Shown here piece by piece: positions 1 to 13,430 of a stretch of DNA of 64,000 bases (the first letter of the stretch is position 1; each line of letters opens with the position of its first letter). This stretch comes from Octopus vulgaris (lineage: Eukaryota). A program made the translations under genes and the position numbers. The DNA is taken from contig OX597826.1 of the NCBI GenBank assembly GCA_951406725.2, positions 79,484,001 through 79,548,000 on the forward strand, in the 5' to 3' direction. The notes beneath the pieces are model-generated. The model was not told the origin of the DNA. It did no database searches and saw nothing but the letters and a program-made list of their open reading frames with translations.

Positions 1-59
1 TGCTGAGATCGTGTGTGTGTGGGTGTGTGGGTGTGCAATGGTTAGTCCACATTACTTCG

Positions 60-286
60 TAGGCTCATAGGGGCCGGTTTCCCAGTTTCTCTAGCGCATA
101 TATTTCAGCTTGGACGGGACGCCGGTCCGTCGCAGGATAACTCATTTTAACCAGTTGAGTGGACTTGAGCAACGTGAACTGAAATGTTTTGCTCAAGAAC
201 ACAACGTGTCGCTCGATCTAGGAATCGAAACCACAATCCTGCGATCATGCATCCAACACCCTAACCACTAAGCCATGCGCCTCCAC
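60..286 (-). mobile_element. tRNA-derived SINE, family S3 (CORE-like central domain)
   Basis: Minus strand begins GTGGAGGCGCATGGCTTAGTGGTTAG (A box), has a B-box-like GGTTTCGATTCC, then TGTGTTCTTGAGCAAAACATTT (CORE-like). Homologous to 53533-53870. Confidence 0.85.
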
Positions 287-494
287 GTGTGTGTATGCTG
301 TAGTTGGGAATGATTGTATAGTGGTATAATGTAGTTGGTGTGAGGAAGATATTGCAGTATGGGAATGTGGGGTTGGAGCATGCATGATGAAGTGTGTGTG
401 AGTACATGGGTAGAAAAAGGGTGGGGAAATGTGTGAATGTATGCATGTACGGTTAAAAAAAGAGGGTATTAAGTGCATGTGCAGGGCCGGATCA

Positions 495-760
495 GCGTGA
501 ATGACTATCAGATACTTTTAGTAATGCAAACAAAACGGTCTCAGCCAAGGAAAGAAGATTGGGTAAGTTTAGACTGCGGCCGATTCTGATGGAAAAACTC
601 GATGAAGATGCGAGGGAAATCAAGGTGGGAAATTTGGTAGGATGGTGTGATGCAGAGTTCGAGTGATTGGACGAAAGTTTAAGGGAAGAAGAAATAGTTA
701 ATGACCGAACAAATACGAAGCAAGAAGGCGGATACGTGATCAACGGTGAGAGGGCGATGG
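495..760 (-). pseudogene. Highly decayed CR1/L2-like LINE reverse-transcriptase fragment
   Basis: Translation RSLTISSSLKL...LISL..SSF.IRIGRSLNLPNLLSLAETV..AL loosely matches the RPISLTS..K...QxGFRxGRSCxTNLL region of CR1-type RTs. Confidence 0.4.
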
Positions 761-1424
761 AATACTGTGTTGATTATTGTTTGAGGGTAACCACGTTGCA
801 ACAAGAAGCGAAACACTCACCTAGATCAAAATGAGGAGAAATTCCACTGTCATATCCGTCGGTCAGATTTTGTATGACCTTTGACCTGAAATATATAAAA
901 AGAAAAAGAACGTAAATACATTTGAAACGTACCAATTACTTAATAAATTGGGAAATTTTCACTTCTATAGAAATATTAATATTGATTGAAATTTCATGCA
1001 CATTCTCGAAAATACTCGAGCAGCGTTCGCAAGAATTTTTTTAACCTGATATTTAAATGCTATTTTCTTTATTTCATCTTATTCATGTTCCACCGTCAAA
1101 AACGATTTATTTCGTGTTTCCCGAAGTTTCTACATTCTTATGATGCAAAGAATATACATTTCTGGGTTGTAAGAAAAAATTTCTAAAGCGGATGCAACGA
1201 ATGAAAACATCACTTTGCTGCAATGGCAGAACATCTCTCATGTTTGCAGAAGATGTAGGTTCGTGTCACACGTGCAACCTTTAACTTTTTCCATTCAAAG
1301 GTTGCTTTAATCCAATATCGACCCGCTATTTTCATAGCTTTATTTACTTCGAGTTCCACCATTAAAAGCCATTTGCTTTATGCCTCCCAAAGTTTCTAAA
1401 TTCTTGTCACATAAACTATGTATA

Positions 1425-1627
1425 TACTCTTTTTACTCTTTCACTTGTTTCAGTCATTTGACTGCGGCCATGCTGGAGCACCGCCTTTAGTCGAACAAAT
1501 CGACCCCGGGACTTATTCTTTGTAAGCCCAGTACTTATTCTATCAGTCTCTTTTGCCGAACCGCTAATTGACGGGGACGTAAACACACCAGCATCCGTTG
1601 TCAAGCAATTCTAGGGGGACAGACACA

Positions 1628-1673
<46 letters not shown>

Positions 1674-1837
1674 CATATATACGACAGGCTTCTTTCAGTT
1701 TCCGTCTACCAAATCCACTCACAAGGCATTGGTCGGCCCGGGGCTATAGCAGAAGACACTTGCCTAAGGTGCCACGCAGTGGGACTGAACATGTGGTTGG
1801 TAAGCAAGCTACTTACCACACAGCTACTCCTGCGCCT
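1425..1837 (-). mobile_element. SINE family S1, full length (tRNA-like head, internal CA/TA microsatellite, 3' module)
   Basis: Reverse complement of the 52271-52695 copy; head GGAGTAGCTGTGTGGTAAG, tail GCTCCAGCATGGCCGCAGTCAAATGACTGAAAC. Confidence 0.92.
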
Positions 1838-1844
1838 GTTTATC

Positions 1845-1906
<62 letters not shown>

Positions 1907-1907
<1 letters not shown>

Positions 1908-2106
1908 GTGCGGGGACTGAAAAGTTCCTGGCATTAATATAAAAGGATTTACAGGAGGATTAGTTAATTATGATTTTATTCACCATATTTCCCTTCTCAG
2001 ATTTACACACTTATTGCAGCTGTCCTTCAGTTTTTTCAAGCTCTGTAAAATAACTAGCAAGGCCTTTCGCGACACCCTTAAAGCCAGGAACTTTTCGGAT
2101 ATTCGT
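1907..2106. mobile_element. Non-autonomous mariner-type MITE
   Basis: TIR-like CTGAAAAGTTCCTGGC ... GCCAGGAACTTTTCGG next to TA. Internal minus strand encodes SCNKCVNLRREIW, resembling a mariner C-terminus. Second copy at 13431-13643. Confidence 0.75.
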
Positions 2107-2107
2107 C

Positions 2108-2222
<115 letters not shown>

Positions 2223-2369
2223 TACTGTGAAGTTTAGAGTTTCACATAGATTATCGTCATCCAGTTCGCTTCCAGTAGCTAAGTAACTACTATGCATTGT
2301 AGTATTACTCGTTGTGAAATACAAAGCAAATGTTGAGGAAATTTTGATAAACACAAGTTTATACTGTTA

Positions 2370-2449
2370 GTCCCTACGTACGTTTCACCATTATGATTGG
2401 ATATTCGAAGCACATTTGGATATTCAACCCGAACGGGTCATGAAGGAAC
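2370..2449 (-). ncRNA. Degenerate minimal hammerhead ribozyme motif (family J)
   Basis: Minus strand: GTTCC-TTCATGA(2 mismatches to CTGATGA)-...-GAAA-CGTAC-GTA-GGGAC; palindromic stem III ACGTACGT, stem I GUUCC/GGGAC. Confidence 0.45.
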
Positions 2450-3617
2450 ATTCTATTGCATTGTAATTTAATGCAGTACATTCATACATACATACATACA
2501 TACATGAGAATCATATACTATATGAGATTTTTAAGCTAAGAATTTACGCCTTGAATAAGCGAGGAACATGGGTGACACACATACACTTGCTGAATATTTC
2601 GTGATGTAATTATTTCACTAGATATTGCATAATTCCCACTCTTAACGCTTCCTCCAAATTCTATTATCTCATGTCACATATAAATTTTCGTTAACATAAT
2701 AATACCTGTTTAATGTACTCTCTCGCTCATCTTTTATCTTCATTATCCTCTCTCAAGATTACCAGTATTTCCATATATACTATCTGAAATTTAATGTTTC
2801 TTTCAAATTGTTTTCACATTACCAATACATTTAATTCAATATCCATTTATTATCGCTCGCTTTCTACATTTTCCCGCGTATGTCTTTGCCATCAACAAAT
2901 TTGTTCGAGAATTATTATTTTCAAGTTCCCCATACTTAATTGTTCATATAAAAATACCTTGCTCATAGTTTCACGTTAATGTCAACTTTCCTACAAATTG
3001 TTTAACGTCTGCAATTTCATAAATAATACAACTTCCATCATGAAATATTGTTTTCGAATTCTCTATAATTTATTTTTAATATAATAAATGTTTCGCATTT
3101 TTAGTTATATCCTTGCCAATATATTCTTTAAAACGCTTCTTTCTTTTCCATAATATGCAGTAATTTTTATTAATTTGCAGCGAGTAAAACTTCGTATGAA
3201 GTTTTGCTTTCAATTCATAAGATTTACTTTTTCATATTTCATTTTATGATACTTCATATACTGCTACTGTTTAATGAACGAATGGATATTCCCATCGTTT
3301 CGACTGGGAGTCGAGAGCTTCAGACACAACCACCATTATCCATTTCTTGCGACTTTATGTTCACTTCGGGTAGAAATAGAGTAAGTGGGCTCCATATTCT
3401 CTTCCTATCAGATTTACTATCGAGGCCGACTCTTAGTTTTCACTTCTTCGCAGGCGCTCATACACAGGGAAGGTTTATTTTCGGACAGTGACAAGCTGGA
3501 TCTCTAACAAGTCTTTCTTCCTTAATAGCTTAATACCTTAATAGCTTTTAAGTGAAGACAGAATGTTCTTTGTCTATCTCCTTACCTTCTTGGATGTTTT
3601 AGAAAAAATTATACTAA

Positions 3618-3782
3618 TGTGTCCATCTGTTTTAATTTAATCTAATTCTACGTCTTTATGCAGCTGAGGATTGCCCTGCATTTAAATTGATGTAATGGTT
3701 GCATTGTTCAATTAAATGGAGTCGCTTGAAATGAAATGATCGTACTGCATTACCTCTGGATGTCCTGTTGCTTATTTTGATT
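3618..3782 (+). mobile_element. Short Penelope-like pLTR element, family F, with hammerhead at 3660-3748
   Basis: GCAG-CTGAGGA-long hairpin stem II-GAAA-TGATC-GTA-CTGC; ends at (TA)n; homologous to 59613-59863. Confidence 0.8.
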
Positions 3783-3817
3783 ATATATATATATATATAC
3801 AAATATAAGAGAGTGTC

Positions 3818-3853
<36 letters not shown>

Positions 3854-4635
3854 ACAGATAGATAGAGATGGATAAATAGATAGATAATGGAAAATTGAAT
3901 GAATTACATTATTTAAAATTGCTGCAATTGTTTCGACACATTTCGACACCCGTAGTAATACATTGGTGAGGTGTTTGGTGCCGATGTGATTAAGAGGAAT
4001 AACAATGATGTCAAACGAATCAACCAAGCTTCAACAGGGGAATTGAAAACAGTTACTCTAATACGGCTTAATGCAAGCCTAAGCAATAAATTTTGGGAAT
4101 TCGTCATTCGGTCGATTTGTCTTCGAAGTTAACTCTCTTAGCTTTCGTTTCTTCGTAGACATTCTCAGACAATAAGACAATAAGGGTTTATGCTCGGAGT
4201 TGTTCATTCTGTAGTTTGGTTACTTAGTAGAACTAACCATCCTAGAATGCTTGTCCAGTTCTAGCACCGGTTTAGTTGAGGCTATAATAGTGTCTTCTTC
4301 TAAAGACATAGTTTAGCAAAACCCAAGGACTGCTCCACTCACAGTGGCCTTACAGCTCGCAAACAAAGCAGTTTAATACTTCATTGTATGGGTCTTCTTT
4401 GACCTTTGCTTTTCTATATTTCAGTTTTAAGAAGTATAATAATAAAATTTTGCAGTTTTTATTCCTCGTTTCGCTTGATTATAACGCTGTTCATAGCACA
4501 AGGCATTTTACAAGCGGATTTCAATGGTGCTATCCAGCGTGTTTACGGATCACTAAGAAGTTTAATAAAAAATATATAATTGTTACACAGAGCAGAAAGA
4601 AACCACAAATAGCTATTAATTTTGCGTTACACACG

Positions 4636-4711
<76 letters not shown>

Positions 4712-4737
4712 TATGTATGTATTTATGTATGTATGTG

Positions 4738-4789
<52 letters not shown>

Positions 4790-6779
4790 AATCATTGCAT
4801 ACGTTTGTTGGTCAAATACATTCTTGTGTGGTTTGATTTGTAACACCATTGAGAAAGGAGTTTCGGTTTCAAACACGACCATGTCAGGTTTCTTATTTTT
4901 CAAAAAGGAACATTTTTTTCTGATAGAAACAACAGCAAGATACTAGAGTAGTCGACTCTCGATTTAAAAGCAAAACTTTGTACTTAAACGGATGACGTAG
5001 TCATATCCGCGTATTCTATCAGACTTTTCTTTTCTTTACTGAAGCAGTGAATATTTCTTGTAATGCATGATAGGTACAATGCTCTCAGTTGTGCCGTACT
5101 TCTTTTGAAAATATTAATTATAAAAAATTAGCATGACTTTGTATTCAGCGACTCCAAATTAGTAAAGATCGACCGGTTTCGTCTTCGGTACAAGTAAAAA
5201 AAAAAAGAAAAATGTAGAAATTTGTTGACCAGCGCTATCGAACAATTATAATACATCACTTATCCTATTTAATAAAAGTGTCTGTAGGAAATAACGAAGG
5301 TTTTTGTCTTCTAAAAGTAATAGTTATTTAATCAATAATGGTTTATCAAATTTTCTAGAATATAATATAGAATTTCAAGGCGATATTTGTTACTTCTGAA
5401 TCAAATTTAAATTTTAATAAAAACCGGTTCTTTTTTATTTTAAATCTTATTTCATAACAGAAGTAATTTAATTAAATTTCATTTCTTTTCCTTTTGTTTT
5501 GTTTTTTCTTTATTCTATTAATCATGGCGTCTCAAAAGGCCATCATGAACTCGCCTGTAGCTGGAATATCTGCTGACAGCGAATGAAGGGGAATAATTAT
5601 AGTTGCTGAGATAATTCTCGTTGAAGAATTGCCAAGACAAATATTTAAATTCCTCTCACCTCGAGATCTTATTGCGTTACGTATCAGAACAGAGAAGAAA
5701 AAGGGCAGCGCAAAGAAAAGGAAAAACTATCATCTTCTCTCACAAAGCAATCAAATTCGAATCCATATGGATTAATGTTACATAATAAAGACAACTTAAT
5801 TTTCAAGTCCAACTGATTTGAATATTGTACGTCGCTCCATGTTTGTATTTTGTTTCACCATTATAAATTGAACCGAGTGTGATAACCAACGGTTGGAGTA
5901 ATAAACTCCGCACATTAAACATAACTTATTAGCCAGTAACTCATTAATAAAACGAGTAATCCTTGAACAAGTGATTAAGGATTAAGTGATCTCATTTACT
6001 AACACTTCTTGGAAGGAGCTCTCTCATTAATCCGACTTCAACTATTGTACGTTTGACAGGTGGCGCTCTTTAACTTGCAACACAGAAGCCAACTCCTTCA
6101 ACTGACACACACACACACACAAAGAGAAAGAAAAAGGTTGATAGAGAGAAGACCTGAAATTTGCTAACAGTACACCTGATGCCTCCAGCCCCTGTTTCCT
6201 TTTTTCACATGCTATAATGCATTTGAGCACTGTGTACAATTTCTTTATTATCAAAGAAACAGAGAAGTCTCTTAATCACTTAGTGTATTTAAACCCAGAA
6301 TAAGCCTACCACTTTATTGTAATACAGCCACGTAAACAAAAGAGAATTAAAGCAGATGGAATATTTTCATATAAAATGTGTTAAGGAGATGTATAACATA
6401 TATTCTCTCTTGAGACCTGTATTAAACATATTGTTTTATTTTTACAAAATAATTAATTTTACACATTAAAGTAAAACGGTAAACAAATATTTCTAATTCA
6501 AGCATTAACGAAAATGGTGGAGAAGTACAAATGGCTGATTGCTTTACTAAATATCTCAGTAATTTATTCTTTACAGTTTGAGTTAAAAACTCACAGGGGT
6601 CAGCTTTTAATACCTCCGGAATAAAAAAAAGGACAAATACTAAATGGGGTTGACTCAATTGATTACATCTCTCTCTCTCCAACAAAAGTTACACATTTGT
6701 TGGAGAGAGGCGAAAGCAATTACATATTTCTTATATAAAAATATATCATGAAGACATTAATTACCTAAATAAATTGAAA

Positions 6780-7070
6780 TTGGAGTAAAGACTGTTTGCC
6801 AACACAACATGGCAGTCCTGGTTTAGGACGAATGTTGCTGTAATTTAGCCCCAGGAGACATCGTTTCCAGCTAGCTGTACGACACGATCTGTGTCCTTTT
6901 ATTTTCGAACAAGGGACTATGTGTCCTTATATTTTCGAACAGGGGAAATATAAAGACACAGATCGTGTCGTATAGCCAGCTGGAGACGATGTCTCCTGGG
7001 GCTAAATTACGGCAACATTCGTCCTAAACCAGGACTGCCATGTTATGTTGGCAAACAATCTTTACTCCAA
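6780..7070. mobile_element. Foldback element, family G (about 125-bp inverted arms)
   Basis: 6780-~6904 is the reverse complement of ~6946-7070 with a few, mostly transition, mismatches. Centre has a 30-bp tandem duplication (GTGTCCTT.TATTTTCGAACA.GGGA). Related to 54391-54707. Confidence 0.85.
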
Positions 7071-7395
7071 AGTACTGTTACTGAATTATCTCTCGTTGTG
7101 AGATTTACAAATAGTAATTTTCTAAATTGAAATTGATTCAACTTTGGTCATATGTGCTAAAGAAGCAGCCCTATGCCGTCGATTGACTTGCAAGAAACAA
7201 GAACTAAATACCTTTCAAGTCAAATCCTATCGACCCAAAAGAACCCGTTGATGTTTTACAATGTAATTCTATTTACCTTATGTCTAAAAATAAAAATAAA
7301 AAGACATGGGCGATCATTAGTGAGATATCCTTGTTGTTATTAACCAAGGTTACGCCTAATCTGATGGATTAGAGGTAACCTAGGTTAATAGTAAT

Positions 7396-7670
7396 CCTTT
7401 ATACTTTAGGCACAAGGCCTGAAATTTTCGGAGGAGGAGGTTTGTCGAAAATATCGACCCCAGTGCTTGACTGGTACTTAATTTATCGACCCCCGAAAGG
7501 ATAAAAGGCAAAGTCAACCTCGGCGGAATTTGAACTCAGAACGTAAAGACGGACTAAATGCTGCTAAGCATTGGACAACCCGGAAGGACGACAGGCAAAG
7601 TCAACTTTCGTTGAGATTCAGACCCAGAACGTAAGACACAACCGAATACCGCAAAACATTTTCTCCAAAG
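7396..7670 (-). mobile_element. SINE family S2 (partial) plus a second fragment
   Basis: CTGGTACTTAATTTATCGACCCCCGAAAGGATAAAAGGCAAAGTCAACCTCGGCGGAATTTGAACTCAGAACG is the reverse complement of the S2 core at 21240ff. Confidence 0.85.
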
Positions 7671-8778
7671 CTCTACTCATTTTGACTCTCTCTCTCTCGC
7701 TTTCTCTTTTCTCTGTGGAATTCTATCCACATGGCAGATTGGCAAAACTGATGCTTGCCTGAAAAAAAATGTAATCATTATAATAGCAATGAGATATCGC
7801 GACTAATGAAATTATCCAGGAAATGCCGCTCATTATTGCCGGCATATTTTATTGTAATATCTTGGATGATCGAAAACTTTGGTGTAGCTGTATCAAGCCT
7901 GTGTTTTGTAGTAACTTAGGAGGTTTCCTGACTTGGCTAAGACAACTTACTTTCGACCCATGGTGGGTTTTGTTACCGAAGCATGTATTTATATCTACAA
8001 CTCAATAATCATACGCTTGGATAAATTTTTATCTCTATAATGTTCTTAGAAATTGGCGCTTTTATTTCGATGTTTGCGGATATTTGTACGAAAGTATAGA
8101 CCGCTCGAGTTGGCACAAAGATAAAAAAGATGGGCCAGATATTTTGTAGTAATACATTATATTTCTGCGTTCATATCTCTTTGAAATCGACTTAGTTTGT
8201 TCAATATGATCAATAAAATAAATGGCAATAATATAGTTAGGAGATCAACGAGATCTTCGTCCATTACAAAAGAAAATCTTGTGTTTAAGGAACAAATCAA
8301 TATTTCTCAAACATTGTTATAAATGGTGCAGCTATATCTAATAGAACTGTGGAAAAGATGCACGCTGGGAGACGGAGTTAGAAATGTCTAAAAGCGGGTT
8401 GAGTGGTAACATTTAGACCTATTTTCGTAGAGAGCTCATTTCAAAGCTTTTTACTGGGGAGATAACAGCATTAGGAAAGACCACTTGTGACGGAAAAAAC
8501 AGAACAAGTGTAATGATTATTATTTATATAAAATAAATCAAGACAGCTATAAATGTATGGCAGTTATTTGGTTGTGTGTATCTACGTTGTGAATTCAGAT
8601 GATTGCCAGGGGAGAGATTGTCTTTCATCTGTTAGAAGACATGTATCAAAAATGATTCAATTGGCCTCAAATACCCCATGCAAATTCCTGGCCCTGCGCC
8701 AACGTAACAAATCATTTTTATACAGTTATCTTGACTGACTTTGTCTTTGTGAGCAAGTAAACACAACACGTATTGTAA

Positions 8779-8847
<69 letters not shown>

Positions 8848-8957
8848 CGTGGGTGTGTGCGTGTAAACTAATATTTGAATACACTCTTTCTTTCTTTCTC
8901 TCTCTCTCTCTCACTCTCGCTCACACACACACGCATGCATACATACATATATATATA

Positions 8958-9292
<335 letters not shown>

Positions 9293-9324
9293 GTACGTCT
9301 GTGTGTCTCTGTAAGTGTATGAAT

Positions 9325-9828
9325 ATATCTTCCTTTTTGAAGACATCTACATCCAAATTGTGTAAGTTTCTTAATCGTTTCTCTGTCAGCACATTGGAGA
9401 GCTATGACCCTGACATTGTACTCTTTCACTGTCCTCTTATCAACACCTTTGCATGTGCTTTTTTCTTGGTTGTTGGCTCATTTGGTGTGTGGGGGAGGGT
9501 TTGGCACCGCTGCCCTCGCCTGCACTTCGTGCTGGGACGTTAATTCATCTAATACCGTGGATAGGAGAATGTCCAGTTCCTCTTTGAAGACATCTTCATC
9601 GACATTGTGTAAGCTTCTTGATCGTTTCTCTGTCAGCACATTGAAGAGCTGTGAGCCTTTGAACCATAAACAATTTCGGTACTTGGTCCTCACTTTAGAT
9701 AAAGTGGCCAGTGCCTTTGATATTACACAATGACGTCCAGTAAGGGCATTTGTATAACGCTTGATGCCGAAGTTAGGTACTTCCAGAATTTTCCGCATGT
9801 AAGTTATAATGTAATTCTCACGTCTGTA
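9325..9828 (-). pseudogene. 3' end of CR1/L2-group LINE ORF2, with local duplication
   Basis: RRENYIITYMRKILEVPNFGI...GRHC...FKGSQLFNVL...LHNVDEDVFKEELDILLSTVLDE...AAVPN is typical of invertebrate CR1-like ORF2 C-termini. ~9330-9403 duplicates ~9575-9650. Confidence 0.8.
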
Positions 9829-9959
9829 AGCTTGTAAGCTTGCGACAACGTCAGGGTTCTCTATTGCGTATGATCATTTTGTCTCATTGGCGTAGCTAGT
9901 GACAATGGCTGTCTGAGTGACCATAGGCATGTCTGAAAGAGCTACTATAAACAATAATG

Positions 9960-10620
9960 GCCCCTTGATAATTTTCCAGGGAACTCCAATCAGAATTTGT
10001 TGGCGAGGTGGGGAGTGGTTATTGCCTTGAGTTCCACTTTGCCTTGGATGCGCAAAGCGGTAGTTTGTCTCCGTTTCTCCATGCCAGAATTTGTAGATGG
10101 CTTGCGGTTCATCTACTATTTTCTTGTTGTTTTTGCTTTTAGTAGTCTTAACTTTAAACCCAATCTCATTACTCTTTCAGCTGACTTCTTTTAACTTCAT
10201 CGCTGTTCTCAGAGTCAGCGTTGGGGTTGCTTCTTTTGGGAGTTTTGGTTTCCGTTTTAGTTCTTAAATCTGTAACGGACACAGAGCTGGTTGCATTGCG
10301 TTGCTGCCTTCTTTGTTGGGTTTTTCACCAGGGTCCTCAACATTGGTACTGTTCTCTGTGTCAGTCGTTTTACTTTGTGAACTACCATATTTAAGAATGT
10401 TTTCCGATTTGTTTAAGTGTGACCAGGAGAGTGCACAAGACCGGATTAATCTATTCTCTTTCAGTTCTATCCGTGGCTGGAGATCAATTAAATCTGTTGC
10501 TTTTCAGGACCGCTGCAATCGGGTCGTTGGCTGGAACATTTTTTACTCTGTTACACGAATGGAGAACCACTTCTGACCCGGCACTCTTCCAGTTTCTTGC
10601 CATCTCAGAGCACTACTTAT
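9960..10620 (-). pseudogene. Probable decayed LINE ORF1 (CCCH/PHD-like remnants)
   Basis: Minus-strand translations IYKFWHGETETNYRFAHP (CCCH-finger-like) and GQKWF...RLIRSC (PHD-like). Same orientation as, and upstream of, the ORF2 fragment. Confidence 0.45.
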
Positions 10621-10683
10621 CTCTTTCTTTGTGGAATGACTGTGTGTGTGTGTGTGTGTGTGTGTGGTTGGTTCGTGATTGCA

Positions 10684-11447
10684 GAGAGAGATAGAGAAAG
10701 AGAGAGAGAGAGAGAGAAAGAGAAAGAGAGAGAGAAAGAGAGAGAGAGGGAGAGAGATAACGAAGGAATAGCAGGGATATGAGAAGAGACAGAGGGAGGA
10801 GCAAGTGGAGGAGAGGAAGTAGATAGGTATATGAGGGGAAGAGAAGAGAGAGAGAGAGGAGAGTAGCCAGAGAGGGAAGAGTAGCTTAAGATAGAGGGAA
10901 GAGAGCAAGTGGAAGGAGAGGAGAGCAATTGGTGGGGAGAGTGAATTGAGTGAGAAGAGTGGGTCTGATAAAGGGAGAGGAGAGCAAGTGGATGGAAAGA
11001 GAGGAGGAGGTTAAATAAGGAGAGAGTGGAGTTGTGGTGTGTTTATGAGGAGATAGAAAAGAGAGAGGTGGCAGAAGGGTGTGAGGAGAGTGTGGAAAGG
11101 GAGGGAGTAGGTTGAGATAGAGAGGAGGGGGAAGAGAGGGAAACAGCAGTGGTAAGAGGTTAGAAGGAAGAGATGGTGCTAAAGAGTGAGGGGGAAATAC
11201 GGGGATGGTGGAGGGATAGAAGGGTAGGAGGAGAGAGAGAGGGAGAAAGGAGATAATGAGAATGGGGGACTGGGGAGGGTGAGAAGAACACGAGATATAT
11301 ATTTGGAGAGAAGGAGAGAGAGCGACTGGGTGTGAGAGACTTGAAATGTGGAGCGACACGAGAGAGGAAGAGAGAGGAAGAGAGAGGAAGAGAGAGGAAG
11401 AGAGAGAGAGAGACAGAGAGATAGAGACAGAGACAGAGGCAAGAAGA
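10684..11447. repeat. About 760-bp purine-rich (GA-rich) low-complexity tract
   Basis: Strongly G/A-rich plus strand, including (GA)n and (GAGAGGAAGA)n units. Confidence 0.95.
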
Positions 11448-11558
11448 AAGTGTTTTAAACGTCTATTGATTGATTTGTTCCTGTTAATAAACAGAAGTGT
11501 TATGAGATATTTTTCTGCAAGCTTATATATACGATTTAGATGCGAAAGAATCACTGAA

Positions 11559-11611
<53 letters not shown>

Positions 11612-12164
11612 AAAGAGAAGGTTTATAGGCTCCTGCGATGCGTGCAAACAATATATAACCTATTTTTGTCTACAGCAAAAAATATCAAATTAGATTTCTT
11701 GTTATGTTTACCCAAGGTTTACGATAAGCTATAGTTATGTAAACAGGCTTAGATATCGTAGGTGTAAACAGAACAAAAACTCGACGCTTACCTGGAAAAT
11801 GTTGCCTTTTGATAACTTTCACTAATTAACAAAAATTTGCAAAATATACGTTTCTTCAAGTGATTACACTAAGAAAGAAAAAACTTAAACGCAAAATTTG
11901 AAATTTTCTCCAAATTTTTCCTGAGCATGTGGTGTTTTCGAGAATTCTATGTATGATATTTAATCCTCGAAGGCTTGGAACGAACATAGATTTTAATGTG
12001 ATTTAGTAATAATTTTATAAAATGTTTCACTCAGAAATCGCTTCAATTTCAGATTATTTCGATCTGTTTGCAGTTTTCTTTGAAATTTTTCATGAGAGTT
12101 TATCACCAGGCTGCCATATTGAATATATATAAGTATGTCATTATTCCATTTTATTTGAAGATTT

Positions 12165-12255
12165 CTTGCCAATAGAGAAGGAGCCAGTTTCTAACCTAGA
12201 TCCAAGGATCCTTCATTGGAATTTCAACAACATCAACTGGGTAATTTTTGTATGT
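12165..12255 (+). repeat. Fragment of an unclassified interspersed repeat
   Basis: GAGCCAGTTTCTAACCTAGATCCAAGG..CATTGGAATTTCAACAAC..GGTAATT is similar to 56315-56400 and, more weakly, 46225-46270. Confidence 0.55.
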
Positions 12256-13342
12256 ATGATTTGTGCAGAGTTGTATGTTTTGTTTTATGTATGTACTCTC
12301 TTGCATTGCATTCCCTATCTAGACATGCTCACACATACTAAGCATGTTTGCATGTATGTGTGCGTGCATTTGACTTTATGTAATTCAATTAACGAACTTG
12401 TATATAGCAATTCAAACTACGAATATTGACATTTAAGGGAAAAAAAAGTCAGATCTGATTAGCTGAGGCGTCGCTGCTCTCCATGTTTATGTAGGGAAAA
12501 GTTTTTGTAGTCTGATCCAATTAAAACACTGAAATAAAACGCGATCACTCCTCACAAGCTCCGTACATTCTGAGATTCGAAACGATCTTAATATTCGACG
12601 CATATGACGACGCATTAGTTTATCGTGCGACATCTTTCCCTGTTCAGGGCAGGTTGTATTCGGATCATAAAAACCGACACATTTACGAGTTCACATTATT
12701 ATTCGCGTTGATACAACAACGTAGAGCTCACATTCGTATCCTCCTTTATGTCAATACGTTTGGCATCAGCACGTTTCGCTCGTTTAAGCAAGTAAATAGA
12801 TGTAATTAAAGCAAATTAATTAACTTATTTGCTCTTCGATGTATATTTTATTTACAAAGTGTGTTTCAGTTTCGTTTATGGGCAGTCGACACATAACACC
12901 GAATAGCTATTTGCTCTCATACCTCTCACTACATATTCTCTTCTCTACAAGAACGGAACAAAAAGTTTTCTAGACTGATCATCACAAGAAATCCATTTTA
13001 CCTGCCAAGAAATTTACACAGTTTTTACAAATTGTTGAATAACACTTAATTTAGTTGCTGCACATGAATTTTGGAGCAAGATAGAAATCGAAGCTTGCCG
13101 GTAAACACAGCCTTTTGAATACAGAGAAGACAACGTAATTGTAAAGAGGAAATAAATTGTTTCTCTCATGTATATCTCCAGTAATTTGAAGCGATAAATA
13201 TTTGAAATAACAGATGTATAATGCTCGTATATATTCTCGCATACTGTTGTAGCTTGGTTTTATTGACCATACCTGTCTCTTATTTACAATGGAGGCAGCA
13301 TTGCAGGATGCTGGTAAACGCTCCACGGGCTGCAGGTTATAT

Positions 13343-13412
<70 letters not shown>

Positions 13413-13430
13413 TGTATTTATAAATGGTAC

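Noticed and set aside
10886-11554. 222-aa S/L/P-rich ORF
   Set aside because: Translation of the pyrimidine strand of the GA-rich tract.
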